Assembly (NCBI GenBank): GCA_017856115.1
Contig: JAFMFM010000001.1
Location: 44,961-108,960, forward strand
Length of the DNA: 64,000 nucleotides
From: Actinomycetota bacterium
Lineage (GTDB): Bacteria > Actinomycetota > Acidimicrobiia > Acidimicrobiales > Ilumatobacteraceae
Reading direction: 5' to 3'
Shown in pieces: positions 1 to 9,583 of this stretch. The stretch's first letter is position 1; the number at the start of each line of letters is the position of its first letter. The position numbers and the translations under genes are program-made. The notes beneath the pieces are model-generated. The model was given only the letters and a program-made list of their open reading frames with translations, was not told the origin of the DNA and did not search any database.

Positions 1-1748
1 AGTACCGGAACCGCTACGGCAAGGTCCGCGAGTACAGCACCACCTTCGAAGGCGTCATCCCGTGGTTGAAGCGTCGGCACGAAACCGCCGAGAGCGACCA
101 TCAGCGCGAACAATACGAGAGTTACATGCGAGAACGACCGTGTTCGGCGTGCAAGGGTGCACGGTTGAAGCCCGAGTCACTCGCCGTGAAGGTGAACGAC
201 CGAACCATCTCCGACGTGTGTGGTATGTCGATTGGTGAATCGGCAAAATTCCTGGTGGGCCTCAAGCTCAACAAACGCGAGAAACTCATCGCCGAGAGAA
301 TCACGAAGGAGATCAACGCGCGTCTCGGGTTCTTGTTGGACGTCGGTCTGGATTACCTCACACTCAGTCGCTCGGCGAGCACGCTGGCAGGCGGTGAGGC
401 GCAGCGGATTCGGCTGGCAAGCCAGATCGGTTCCGGACTCGTCGGCACGTTGTACGTGCTGGACGAACCATCCATCGGGCTGCATCAGCGCGACAACCAC
501 CGACTCATAGATACATTGCACCGGTTGCGCGATCTCGGGAACACCGTCCTGGTGGTGGAGCACGACGAGGAGACGATTCGAGCCAGCGACTGGATCGTCG
601 ACATCGGTCCGGGAGCCGGTGAACATGGCGGCGAAGTCGTGTACAGCGGTGTCGTGAAGGGAATCGAGAAAGCCGGCGATTCGATCACCGGTCAATACCT
701 CTCGGGGAAGCGTGCGATCGAGGTGCCAAAGAAGCGCCGATCGATCGGGTCCGACGCACTCGTCGTGCGCGGGGCGCGGGAACACAATCTGAAACAGCTG
801 GACGTGCGGATTCCCCTCGGCTGTTTCGTGGCGGTCACGGGCGTGTCGGGAAGCGGAAAGAGCACGTTGGTGCGGGACATCCTGTTGCCGGCACTGATGC
901 AAAAGATCTACAAGACCAAGGAATCTCCGGGTCGCCACAAGAGCGTGGCGGGTATCGACCTGCTCGACAAAGTGATCGACATGGACCAGTCACCCATCGG
1001 CCGAACACCACGCTCGAACCCCGCCACGTATACGGGGGTGTTCGACGACATCAGGAAACTCTTCGCCAATACGCCCGACGCCAAGGTTCGCGGCTACCAG
1101 CCCGGTCGATTCTCGTTCAACGTGCCGGGTGGGAGATGCGAGGCCTGTTCGGGGGACGGAACCATACGAATCGAGATGCAGTTCCTCCCCGACGTGTACG
1201 TGCCGTGCGAGGTGTGCAAGGGTGCGCGTTACAACCGCGACACGCTGGAGATTCGTTTCAAGGGCAAGAACATCGCCGACGTACTGGAGATGCCGATCAG
1301 CGAAGCGGTCGAGTTCTTCTCGAACCAACCTCGCATCGCGAGACACCTCCAAACGTTGATGGACGTCGGCTTGGGCTACGTGCGACTCGGGCAGTCGGCC
1401 CCCACGCTGTCGGGTGGGGAGGCCCAACGAGTGAAGTTGGCGAGCGAGTTGGCTCGTCGAAGCACCGGTCACACCATTTATCTGTTGGACGAACCCACGA
1501 CCGGATTGCATTTCGAGGATGTTCGTCGTCTCTTGGTGGTGCTGGCCAGGTTGGTCGATCAGGGCAACACGGTGCTCGTGATCGAGCACAATCTCGACGT
1601 GATAAAGACCGCCGACTGGATCATCGATCTCGGTCCGGAGGGTGGCGACGGTGGCGGCAGCATCGTGGCCGAGGGTACGCCCGAACAGGTCGCGAAGGTG
1701 AAGGGGAGCCATACGGCCCGGTTCTTGGCGGAAGTCCTGCGCGGGTAG
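1..1748 (+). CDS. uvrA: Excinuclease ABC subunit A (UvrA), C-terminal ~580 aa; the 5' end lies upstream of the window
   Basis: Frame 3 is open from the window edge to TAG at 1746-1748. The translation shows Cys4 zinc modules (CSACKGARL; CEACSGDG...CEVCKGARY), two ABC signatures (LSGGEAQR twice), Walker [10 protein letters not shown] and Walker B LYVLDEP / IYLLDEP. Confidence 0.95.
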   Translation, partial: YRNRYGKVREYSTTFEGVIPWLKRRHETAESDHQREQYESYMRERPCSACKGARLKPESLAVKVNDRTISDVCGMSIGESAKFLVGLKLNKREKLIAERITKEINARLGFLLDVGLDYLTLSRSASTLAGGEAQRIRLASQIGSGLVGTLYVLDEPSIGLHQRDNHRLIDTLHRLRDLGNTVLVVEHDEETIRASDWIVDIGPGAGEHGGEVVYSGVVKGIEKAGDSITGQYLSGKRAIEVPKKRRSIGSDALVVRGAREHNLKQLDVRIPLGCFVAVTGVSGSGKSTLVRDILLPALMQKIYKTKESPGRHKSVAGIDLLDKVIDMDQSPIGRTPRSNPATYTGVFDDIRKLFANTPDAKVRGYQPGRFSFNVPGGRCEACSGDGTIRIEMQFLPDVYVPCEVCKGARYNRDTLEIRFKGKNIADVLEMPISEAVEFFSNQPRIARHLQTLMDVGLGYVRLGQSAPTLSGGEAQRVKLASELARRSTGHTIYLLDEPTTGLHFEDVRRLLVVLARLVDQGNTVLVIEHNLDVIKTADWIIDLGPEGGDGGGSIVAEGTPEQVAKVKGSHTARFLAEVLRG

Positions 1749-1797
1749 GTGACCACATCAACGGGCGACTGATCGTGTCGATGGAAGCGCAACGAAC

Positions 1798-3666
1798 GTG
1801 TTGAAGCCGAATCTCACCGAGGTTCCGACGGGTCCGGGCTCGTACCAGTTCAAGGACGAGCACGGTCGAATCATCTACGTGGGTAAGGCGTCGAACTTGC
1901 GGGCCCGGTTGGCGAACTACTTCGTCGACCCGGCGCTCCTGCACACCCGAACGGCGGCGATGGTGACGGCCGCACGAGAGATGACATGGATCGAGGTGGA
2001 CAACGAGGTTGCCGCATTGTTGTTGGAGTACAACCTGATCAAACAACATCGGCCGAGATTCAACGTTCGGCTCCGCGACGACAAGAGCTATCCCTTCCTC
2101 GCCGTGACGCTCGACGAGGAGTGGCCGCGTGCCGTGGTGATGCGTGGTCGAAAACGCAAAGGCACCAAGTACTTCGGGCCCTTCACCCACGCCTGGGCGA
2201 TTCGCGACACCTTGGACGCGCTGTTGCGAACGTTCCCCGTGCGCACGTGTTCGCCGGCCAAGTTTCGTCAGCACGAGCGGCTGGGTCGGCCGTGTCTGTT
2301 GTTCCATATCGAGAAATGCGCGGGGCCGTGCGTGAACGAAGTGAGTGTCGACGCGTACAGCCAGCACGTGCGCGGACTCACGAAGTTTCTCGGTGGCGAT
2401 ACCGAGGGCATTCGTGACGACTTGCAACGAGCGATGGTGGAAGCGTCCCGGAACCAGCGCTTCGAGGACGCAGCCCGTCTGCGGGACCGGTTGGGAGCGA
2501 TCGATCGTGCGCTCGAGCGCCAGACGATGGTCGGCGAGCGCGGCGACGATTTCGACGTGGTGGCACTCTGCGACTCCGATCTCGAGGCCAGTGTTCACGT
2601 GTTTTATGCGCGCAAGGGGCGTGTGCTTGGCAACAACGGCTACGTCATCGACAAGTCGGAACCGCTCACCGCCGGTGAATTGATGAGTCGGGTCATCGTC
2701 GATCTGTACGCGGATGAACCGGCGTTGGGTTGGCCCAAGGAGGTGATGGTCAGTGTCGAGCCCGACGACCTCACGACGTGCGGAGAAATGCTGTCGCAAA
2801 AGCGCGGTTCGCACGTGGATATACGTGTTCCGCAACGAGGGGACCGACGAGAGCTACTCGCCACTGTGATGAAGAACGCCAACGACGCGCTCGTACGTCA
2901 CAAGATCCGGCGGGCGAGCGACCACAATGCGCGAAGTCGGGCGATCTCGGAGTTGCAGGACCTACTCGGGCTGTCGCAAGCACCGCTTCGTATCGAGTGC
3001 TACGACATGGCCCATCTCCATGGAACCGATTACGTGGGTTCCATGGTGGTACTCGAGGATGGACTGCCCGCGAAACGGGAATACCGCAAGTTCAAGGTTG
3101 GCACCGTCCCGGGCAACGACGACTATGCCGCGATGCGAGAGGTGCTCACCCGACGGCTCACCGCGTACGTGGCCGAGCGGGATGCGCCGATCGAGGAGCG
3201 TCGGGAGAAGCCGGGAAAGTTCGCCTATCCACCGCAGTTGGTGCTGGTGGACGGAGGAAAGGGACAGCTCGGAGTGGCAATCGAGGTGGTGCGCGATCTG
3301 GGTCTGGAGGACGAAATCAACGTTGCGTCCCTGGCCAAACGATTCGAGGAGGTGTTCGTGCCCGATCGCCCCGATCCGGTGCGAATTCCACGTGGAAGCG
3401 ATGCGCTGTACATGTTGCAGGTGGTCCGCGACGAGGCGCATCGCTTCGCCAATTCGTTCCACCGACAGCGTCGATCGCGTCGCATGAAGTCCAGCGAATT
3501 GGATGGAATTAAGGGATTCGGTGCCGCTCGTCGGGAACGTCTGCTGAAGGAGTTCGGTGGAATCGCCGGCGTGCGCGCAGCGTCCCTCGCGGATCTTGAG
3601 GCGCTCTCGTGGCTGCCGACGGAAATTGCGCGCGCCGTTCACGCTCGGTTGCATCCCACTCGGTAG
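1798..3666 (+). CDS. uvrC: Excinuclease ABC subunit C (UvrC)
   Basis: GTG start at 1798, 49 nt after uvrA. N-terminal GIY-YIG module (GSYQFKDEHGRIIYVGKASNLRARL), 622 aa, C-terminal helix-hairpin-helix region (GIKGFGAARRERLLKEFGG). Confidence 0.95.
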   Translation: MLKPNLTEVPTGPGSYQFKDEHGRIIYVGKASNLRARLANYFVDPALLHTRTAAMVTAAREMTWIEVDNEVAALLLEYNLIKQHRPRFNVRLRDDKSYPFLAVTLDEEWPRAVVMRGRKRKGTKYFGPFTHAWAIRDTLDALLRTFPVRTCSPAKFRQHERLGRPCLLFHIEKCAGPCVNEVSVDAYSQHVRGLTKFLGGDTEGIRDDLQRAMVEASRNQRFEDAARLRDRLGAIDRALERQTMVGERGDDFDVVALCDSDLEASVHVFYARKGRVLGNNGYVIDKSEPLTAGELMSRVIVDLYADEPALGWPKEVMVSVEPDDLTTCGEMLSQKRGSHVDIRVPQRGDRRELLATVMKNANDALVRHKIRRASDHNARSRAISELQDLLGLSQAPLRIECYDMAHLHGTDYVGSMVVLEDGLPAKREYRKFKVGTVPGNDDYAAMREVLTRRLTAYVAERDAPIEERREKPGKFAYPPQLVLVDGGKGQLGVAIEVVRDLGLEDEINVASLAKRFEEVFVPDRPDPVRIPRGSDALYMLQVVRDEAHRFANSFHRQRRSRRMKSSELDGIKGFGAARRERLLKEFGGIAGVRAASLADLEALSWLPTEIARAVHARLHPTR

Positions 3667-3676
3667 TCTTCGCAGC

Positions 3677-4534
3677 GTGGCGGAGATTCTGCTCATCACC
3701 GGCTTGTCCGGTGCCGGGCGTTCGCAGGCGGCCGACACCCTGGAGGACCTCGGTTGGTTCGTGGTCGACAACATGCCGGTCGAGCTGGTCGACAAGTTCG
3801 TGGAACTGGCCGGTGTGTCCGGCGATACGCGATCACGGCTGGCACTGGTGATCGGTGTCGCAACACAGCAGATCGATGCCGTCAAGTTGGTGCCGAGGTT
3901 GCGTGGTGCCGGACACGACGTGCGGATTCTGTTCTTGGAGGCGTCGACCCAGTCGCTGGTCAAGCGCTACACGGAGTCGCGTCGCAAGCACCCGCTCCGC
4001 TCCGAGACCGGAACCGTCTCGGAGGCGATCGAGCACGAGCGTGACGTACTGGAAACCGTGCGCGGGGTTGCCGACAAGGTGATCGACACCACGTCGTTGC
4101 AACTCTCGCAATTCAAGGCCCAAATGGTGGAGTTGTTCTCCCGGGAAGACCTTCCCGACACGTTGCAGGTCTCCGTCATGTCGTTCGGGTTCAAACACGG
4201 TCTTCCGCTCGACGTGGACTCGGTGTTCGACGTGCGGTTCATCCCGAATCCCCACTACGACGAGGCGCTTCGTCCTTTGAGCGGTCTCGACGACGCGGTG
4301 CGCAACTTCGTCCTGTCGCAGCCGGCCACCAGGGACTTTCTCGACCGCGTGGAGGGACTGTTCGAATCGCTGATTCCGGCGTATCGGAACGAAGGAAAGA
4401 GTTACCTCACCATCGCAGTGGGGTGCACGGGTGGACGGCATCGTTCCGTGGCGATAGCGGAGGCGTTGAGTTTGCGGTTGGCGAACCGCGGTATCCAGGC
4501 ACGAGTGGCCCACCGCGACATCGAAAAAAACTAG
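3677..4534 (+). CDS. rapZ: RNase adapter / nucleotide-binding protein RapZ (YvcJ family)
   Basis: P-loop LITGLSGAGRS at the N-terminus and the C-terminal GCTGGRHRSV motif typical of the family. The ORF-track start 3557 overlaps uvrC. GTG 3677, 11 nt after the uvrC stop, gives the family-typical N-terminus. Confidence 0.85.
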   Translation: MAEILLITGLSGAGRSQAADTLEDLGWFVVDNMPVELVDKFVELAGVSGDTRSRLALVIGVATQQIDAVKLVPRLRGAGHDVRILFLEASTQSLVKRYTESRRKHPLRSETGTVSEAIEHERDVLETVRGVADKVIDTTSLQLSQFKAQMVELFSREDLPDTLQVSVMSFGFKHGLPLDVDSVFDVRFIPNPHYDEALRPLSGLDDAVRNFVLSQPATRDFLDRVEGLFESLIPAYRNEGKSYLTIAVGCTGGRHRSVAIAEALSLRLANRGIQARVAHRDIEKN

Positions 4535-4544
4535 GCTCTCACGC

Positions 4545-5552
4545 ATGACTGTACGTGTGGGTATCAATGGCTTCGGCCGTATCGGGCGAAGTTTGTGGCG
4601 GGCGATTGCGCGGAGTGGTGCCGATATCGAGGTGGTAGCGGTGAACGATTTGGGTGACAAAAAAACCATGGCCCACCTCCTCAAATACGACTCGGTCATG
4701 GGAGTGCTGCCCGACGTCGTTACGTCGACCGATGATGGTCTCACCATCAATGGTCGTGCATTGAAGGTGTTGTCCGAGCGTGACCCTCGGAATCTGCCAT
4801 GGGCTGCCTTGGCGGTGGATGTCGTCGTGGAGTCGACCGGTTTCTTCACCGAGCGTGACAAGGCTGCCGCGCACCTCGATGCGGGAGCCAAGGTGGTGAT
4901 CGTTTCGGCCCCCGCAACCGGGGCCGACGCAACGTTCGTCTACGGCGTGAACCACACCGACTTCGATGCCGCAAAACACAAGGTGGTGTCGAATGCCAGT
5001 TGCACCACCAATTGCTTCGTTCCGTTGGTCAAGGTGCTCGACGATGCATTCGGGGTGGAGACGGGGATGATGACCACCGTGCACGCATACACGGGGGATC
5101 AGATGCTGGTGGACGGTCCGCACAAGGACCTGCGTCGCGCACGTGGGGCAGCCATCAACATCACGCCAACCTCCACCGGTGCGGCTCGCGCCACCAGTTT
5201 GGTGATGGAGACGATGAAGGGAAAACTCGACGGCACGTCGTTGCGTGTGCCGGTGCCGACCGGATCCATCACCGACTTCGTTGCCAACCTCAAGAAGCCG
5301 GCGTCGACGACGGAGATCAATGCCGCATTCGAGTCCGCGGCCGCGGGTTCGCTGAAGGGTGTTCTGGAATATTGCACCGCGCCAATCGTGTCGAGCGACA
5401 TCGTCGGAAATCCGCACAGTTGTGTGTTCGACTCGGAACTGACCATGAGCATGGGAACGATGGTGAAGGTGTTTGGTTGGTACGACAACGAGTGGGGCTA
5501 CTCGAACCGCCTCGTGGATCTCACCAACTACATCGGTCGAAACGTCAAGTAA
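4545..5552 (+). CDS. gap: Glyceraldehyde-3-phosphate dehydrogenase
   Basis: INGFGRIGR Rossmann N-terminus, catalytic SNASCTTNC, C-terminal WYDNEWGYSNR; 335 aa. ATG lies 10 nt after the rapZ stop. Confidence 0.96.
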   Translation: MTVRVGINGFGRIGRSLWRAIARSGADIEVVAVNDLGDKKTMAHLLKYDSVMGVLPDVVTSTDDGLTINGRALKVLSERDPRNLPWAALAVDVVVESTGFFTERDKAAAHLDAGAKVVIVSAPATGADATFVYGVNHTDFDAAKHKVVSNASCTTNCFVPLVKVLDDAFGVETGMMTTVHAYTGDQMLVDGPHKDLRRARGAAINITPTSTGAARATSLVMETMKGKLDGTSLRVPVPTGSITDFVANLKKPASTTEINAAFESAAAGSLKGVLEYCTAPIVSSDIVGNPHSCVFDSELTMSMGTMVKVFGWYDNEWGYSNRLVDLTNYIGRNVK

Positions 5553-5574
5553 CGACGACGAGCTCCTGGGCCGC

Positions 5575-6687
5575 GTGAAACTTCCACTCCTGGAGGACCT
5601 TGGCGACGTGCGGGGTCGCAGCGTCTTGGTGCGAACGGACTTCAACGTGCCGATGAGTGGCGCCGATGACGCACGAATCATCAGCGACGACTTTCGTATC
5701 CGCGCCGCACTCCCGACGATTGCGTGGTTGACGGACCGGGGAGCCAAGGTGGTGTGCGTGAGTCACCTCGGCCGTCCCAAGGGTGCTCCATCGACGAAGT
5801 ATTCGATGGCACCGGTGGCCGCGCGCTTGGCCGAGCTCGCACCCGGCGTGGAGGTGCGCGAGAACCTGCGATTCTCGCCCGGAGAGGAGGGCAACGATCC
5901 TGCGTTCGTGGCCGAGCTCATCCGCGGTATGGATCTGTACGTGAACGATGCGTTCGGTGCGGCGCACCGGGCGCACGCATCGGTGGTGGGGCCGCCGCAG
6001 TTCCTCCCGTCGGCCGCGGGACGCCTGATCGAACGGGAAGTAGCGGTCCTGGATCGCCTTCGTTCCACGCCGAAGCGTCCGTTCGTTGCCGTGCTGGGTG
6101 GAGCGAAGGTGAGCGACAAACTCGGGGTCATCGAAGCGTTGGTGAAGGTGGTGGATCGGTTGCTCATCGGTGGCGGAATGTGCTTCACCTTCCTGGCTGC
6201 ACAGGGATATTCCATCGGCGACTCGTTGTGCGAGCCAGACCAAGTAGACCACTGCCGAACGTTGCTTCGCGAGCATCCGTCCATCGTGCTGCCCGACGAC
6301 ATCATCGGTCTGGATGCCGACGGTGTGTACGCGACGTTCGGCAAGCGACTACCCGACGGTGCAAAGGGCATGGACATCGGCCCCGGTAGCGCCGCGGCAT
6401 TCGGCGATGCGGTAATGGAGGCGCGATCGGTGTTCTGGAATGGTCCGATGGGTGTGTTCGAGGATCCGAGGTTCGCCAAGGGAACCCGGACCGTCGCGCA
6501 GGCGATGGCCGACACCAAAGCCTTCACGGTGGTGGGCGGCGGGGACTCGGCGGCCGCATTGGCGCAATTTGGTTTGGACGGCGACGTCGACCATGTATCC
6601 ACCGGGGGTGGGGCATCATTGGAGTTCCTCGAGTTCGGCGATCTGCCCGGACTCGCAGCACTACGAAAGGCACCAAATGTCGAGTGA
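5575..6687 (+). CDS. pgk: Phosphoglycerate kinase
   Basis: VLVRTDFNVP N-terminal motif, FTVVGGGDSAAA and STGGGASLEFLE near the C-terminus. Trimmed from the ORF-track start 5473 (which overlaps gap) to GTG 5575, giving the typical N-terminus VKLPLLEDL. Confidence 0.93.
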   Translation: MKLPLLEDLGDVRGRSVLVRTDFNVPMSGADDARIISDDFRIRAALPTIAWLTDRGAKVVCVSHLGRPKGAPSTKYSMAPVAARLAELAPGVEVRENLRFSPGEEGNDPAFVAELIRGMDLYVNDAFGAAHRAHASVVGPPQFLPSAAGRLIEREVAVLDRLRSTPKRPFVAVLGGAKVSDKLGVIEALVKVVDRLLIGGGMCFTFLAAQGYSIGDSLCEPDQVDHCRTLLREHPSIVLPDDIIGLDADGVYATFGKRLPDGAKGMDIGPGSAAAFGDAVMEARSVFWNGPMGVFEDPRFAKGTRTVAQAMADTKAFTVVGGGDSAAALAQFGLDGDVDHVSTGGGASLEFLEFGDLPGLAALRKAPNVE

Positions 6688-7462
6688 ACGTCAGCCCATC
6701 GTGAGCGGCAACTGGAAGATGAACAACAACCACTTCGAGGCGATCCAGTGCGTCCAGAAACTGGCGTACCTCCTGCAAAAGGAGGACTTCGATGCCGTCG
6801 AAGTCACGGTGCATCCGCCGTTCACCGACTTGCGCAGCATGCAGACGCTCATCGACGCCGACCAGTTGCGCTTGAAGTTGGGTGCGCAGAACTGTCATTC
6901 CGAGGACAAGGGTGCCTTCACCGGTGAAGTTTCGCCGGTGTTCCTCGGCAAATTGGGTGTGCACTACGTGATCGTCGGTCACAGCGAGCGTCGCGAGTTG
7001 TTCGGTGAAACCGACGAGTTCGTCGCGGCGAAAGTGGCCGCCGTTCTGAAACACGGGATGGCACCGATCCTCTGCGTGGGTGAGACGCTTGCAGAGCGCG
7101 AGGCCGGAGTCACGCTCGACAAGGTGAAACGGCAAGTGGGGATCGCCCTGGAGAAGCGGAGCAACGAACAGGTGAAGAACATGGTGATTGCCTACGAACC
7201 GATCTGGGCGATCGGTACGGGCAAGAATGCGTCGCCGGCCGATGCGCAGGAAGTGATTGCGGCGATTCGTGCGGAGGTCGCGTCGGTGGCCTCCGCTCCG
7301 GCTGCCAATGCCATTCGACTGCAGTACGGGGGCAGTGTGAAGGCGGGAACCATCGCCGACATCATGCGTCAACCGGACATCGACGGGGTGTTGGTAGGTG
7401 GGGCCAGCCTGGATCCGACGGAGTTCGCCCGCATCGTGCAGTATCGACGTCACGCGTTCTAG
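6677..7462 (+). CDS. tpiA: Triosephosphate isomerase
   Basis: SGNWKMN, VGHSERR and AYEPIWAIGTG motifs. ATG 6677 overlaps the pgk stop (6685-6687) by 11 nt. The ORF-track start 6440 lies inside pgk. Confidence 0.94.
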   Translation: MSSERQPIVSGNWKMNNNHFEAIQCVQKLAYLLQKEDFDAVEVTVHPPFTDLRSMQTLIDADQLRLKLGAQNCHSEDKGAFTGEVSPVFLGKLGVHYVIVGHSERRELFGETDEFVAAKVAAVLKHGMAPILCVGETLAEREAGVTLDKVKRQVGIALEKRSNEQVKNMVIAYEPIWAIGTGKNASPADAQEVIAAIRAEVASVASAPAANAIRLQYGGSVKAGTIADIMRQPDIDGVLVGGASLDPTEFARIVQYRRHAF

Positions 7463-7526
7463 GACCGCAGTACGTCGCTGCAAAGCCCATGGTGGACTGG
7501 TCGCAGACGACCCTGGGCCTACGGGA

Positions 7527-7569
7527 GGGTCAGCCCCCGTTGATGCCAATCATCGCGAGGGGGTGACCC
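7527..7569 (+). terminator. GC-rich stem-loop downstream of tpiA (terminator candidate, no U-tract)
   Basis: GGGTCAGCCCCC (7527-7538) pairs with GGGGGTGACCC (7559-7569) with one bulge. It starts 65 nt after the tpiA stop. No T-run follows, so its function is uncertain. Confidence 0.3.
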
Positions 7570-7681
7570 GGGCGGTGATGGGGCGAACTTGGGGGGCGAT
7601 CGTGGTCACACCGGCTGGGTAGTGTTGAGACGTCAAACATGGGGGTGACGCCCCACCTCATTCGACGGGGAGGTCGAATAC

Positions 7682-9430
7682 ATGAAGAAACACAACAAGG
7701 CGATTCGCGTCGCTGCGTCGTTGTTCGCGGTCTCGTTGATCGTGGCGGCGTGCGGTGGCAACGACGAAGACGCCGTAACGGAGGACACCGAAGCAACGGA
7801 GGAGCCGGCAGCAGAGCCGGTTTCCTACCCGACGCTGGCCGAGTGTGCCGACGTTACGTATGACTACACCTTCACTGCTCCGGCATCCGCCGGCATGACG
7901 GTGACCTATGACATCGCACCCGAAGCCGTGTGGGAAGATGGCTCGCCCATCACTGCCGCCGACTTCAAAGCGACATGGGAAGCAGCATTGAACACACCAG
8001 GTTCGATCTCGACCGTGGGTTACGACCAGATCGATTCGGTCGAAGCCGGTTCCAGCGACAAGCAAGTCGTCGTGGAATTCAAGTCGGTGTACGGACCGTA
8101 CAAGGGTCTCTTCGGTGGTCTCATCAAGGCCTCAACCGTCGAGAACGCATCCGACGTATCGGCGGACTTTGCCGACTTCCTCTCGTTCTCGGGTCGCCCG
8201 TGGAAGATGAAGTCGTGGAGCCCGAGCCAGGTTGTCTACGTTCCAAACGACAAGTACTGGGGCGATGACAAGGCCGTCACCAAGGAACTCGTCATGGTGC
8301 CGCTGGCTGACAGCGACACCGAGGCGGCAGCCTTGAAGGCCGGCGAAGTCGACTTCGTGTATCCGCAGTACTTCGGCGGAATCGAGGAGTCGTTCTCCGA
8401 TCCGAACATCACGCTGCAGAAGGAACTCGGCGGCGACTACGAAGGCTTCTACTTCCAACAGAAGTGTGGTCCGTTCGCCAACCCGATTTTCCGTGAGGCG
8501 TTCTCCAAGTCGATCGACCGAGATGCGCTCTTCCAGCAGATCTACGTTCCACTCGGTGGCGACTCGCCACTGCAGTGTGGTCCGATCGTCCCTGGTCCGT
8601 ACTGTGAGGGCGATGAATTCGCCGGCTCATACGATCCAGCCGCCGCCGAAGCCTTGCTGACCGACAACGGTTGGACCAAGGGTGCAGACGGTTACTGGAT
8701 CGACCCAGCTACGGGCGAGGCTCCGGACGTGCGTTGGATCATCAACACGGGTAACACCCGCCGCGAGAACACCCAGGCTTACCTGATTCCGCTGCTCAAT
8801 GCGGCCGGTTTCAAGGTGCGTGCAGACAACTGCGACGCAGCCTGCTACTTCCAGCAGCGGCTCCCAGCCCTCGACTACGACATGGCGATGTACATCTCGA
8901 CCGCTCCGCCGGACCCGGGTTACCTCACCTCGTCGTTCACCTGTGACCTCATTCCGACCAACGCGAACAACAACATTGGTCAGAACTCACAGGGCTGGTG
9001 CAACGAGGAAGCATCCGACTTGCTCCACAACGCGGACTACGAGCCAGATGAAGCCATGCGCGCCGACATGATCAAGAGCGCACTCAGGCTGATGGCCGCC
9101 GACCACGTGATGCTGCCATTGATGCAGTTCCCGAAGTCGGGCTTCTGGCGCACGGACAAGGTGGGTGGACCGGTTGATGCCGAGCTCCGCAACTACACCT
9201 CGTTCATCAACAACCACTTGTGGACCGACCTCGACGGTGATGGCAAGGTTGTCATCGGTGCCGAGCAGTGGCCAGAGTGCTTGAACCCGTTTACCGAGTG
9301 TGCCAACTCGTCCTGGATGGTGTGGACGACGATCAACCAGGTGATGCCTGGTGCGTTCGCCACCACCAACGACGGCGCATACGTGGTAACCAACCTGCTG
9401 ACGGGCGAACCAACGGTCACCCTGAAGTAA
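7682..9430 (+). CDS. ABC transporter substrate-binding lipoprotein, family 5 (peptide/nickel/opine type)
   Basis: GGAGG 8 nt upstream of ATG. Signal peptide with lipobox (SLIVAAC GG). The 582-aa size and composition are typical of DppA/OppA-class binding proteins, and two permease and two ATPase genes follow. Confidence 0.88.
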   Translation: MKKHNKAIRVAASLFAVSLIVAACGGNDEDAVTEDTEATEEPAAEPVSYPTLAECADVTYDYTFTAPASAGMTVTYDIAPEAVWEDGSPITAADFKATWEAALNTPGSISTVGYDQIDSVEAGSSDKQVVVEFKSVYGPYKGLFGGLIKASTVENASDVSADFADFLSFSGRPWKMKSWSPSQVVYVPNDKYWGDDKAVTKELVMVPLADSDTEAAALKAGEVDFVYPQYFGGIEESFSDPNITLQKELGGDYEGFYFQQKCGPFANPIFREAFSKSIDRDALFQQIYVPLGGDSPLQCGPIVPGPYCEGDEFAGSYDPAAAEALLTDNGWTKGADGYWIDPATGEAPDVRWIINTGNTRRENTQAYLIPLLNAAGFKVRADNCDAACYFQQRLPALDYDMAMYISTAPPDPGYLTSSFTCDLIPTNANNNIGQNSQGWCNEEASDLLHNADYEPDEAMRADMIKSALRLMAADHVMLPLMQFPKSGFWRTDKVGGPVDAELRNYTSFINNHLWTDLDGDGKVVIGAEQWPECLNPFTECANSSWMVWTTINQVMPGAFATTNDGAYVVTNLLTGEPTVTLK

Positions 9431-9463
9431 GTTCGAACGTCGTTCATTGAACGACACTCGCGC

Positions 9464-9501
9464 GACGCGCGGGTCTTGCCTTCGGGCGGGGCCCGCGCGT
9501 C
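9464..9501 (+). promoter_or_regulatory. Intercistronic GC-rich stem-loop between the binding-protein gene and the permease genes (attenuator / mRNA-stabiliser candidate)
   Basis: GACGCGCGGG (9464-9473) is perfectly complementary to CCCGCGCGTC (9492-9501). A T6 run lies at 9519-9524 and a second hairpin is TCGCCCGA (9541-9548) / TCGGGCGA (9563-9570). Confidence 0.4.
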
Positions 9502-9583
9502 GTCGCGTAATGGCGGTGTTTTTTGGGGCCGCGGGGGTGGTCGCCCGAGGCTCCAAGGCCCGTCGGGCGAGTAGTTTTATGAG

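Noticed and set aside
1621-2835. A 404-aa minus-strand ORF antisense to uvrA/uvrC. Similar long antisense ORFs occur at 3833-4891, 4539-5747, 17230-18183, 34237-35112, 55689-56585 and 60210-61274.
   Set aside because: All lie opposite strongly motif-supported genes. They have Arg/Pro/Gly-rich, low-complexity translations and no recognisable motifs, which is the expected shadow-ORF artefact of high-GC DNA.
3557-3676. N-terminal extensions in the ORF track. They affect rapZ 3557, pgk 5473, tpiA 6440, pyk 13871, the 2Fe-2S subunit 21375, LLM 23227, MBL 32284, Gfo 31918, livG 48047, livF 48976, cmk 54369, mobA 57641 and the alpha/beta hydrolase 53419.
   Set aside because: Each extension overlaps the preceding well-supported gene (or the tRNA) and is compositionally odd. 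Internal starts give family-typical N-termini, often with an RBS or a 1-4 nt stop/start overlap.
7463-7681. A riboswitch (cobalamin, NiCo or other) in the 219-nt region upstream of the ABC binding-protein gene.
   Set aside because: I saw only a generic GC hairpin (7527-7569) and a strong RBS, with no B12-box-like or other riboswitch core sequence I could recognise. It is more simply a tpiA terminator plus promoter region.
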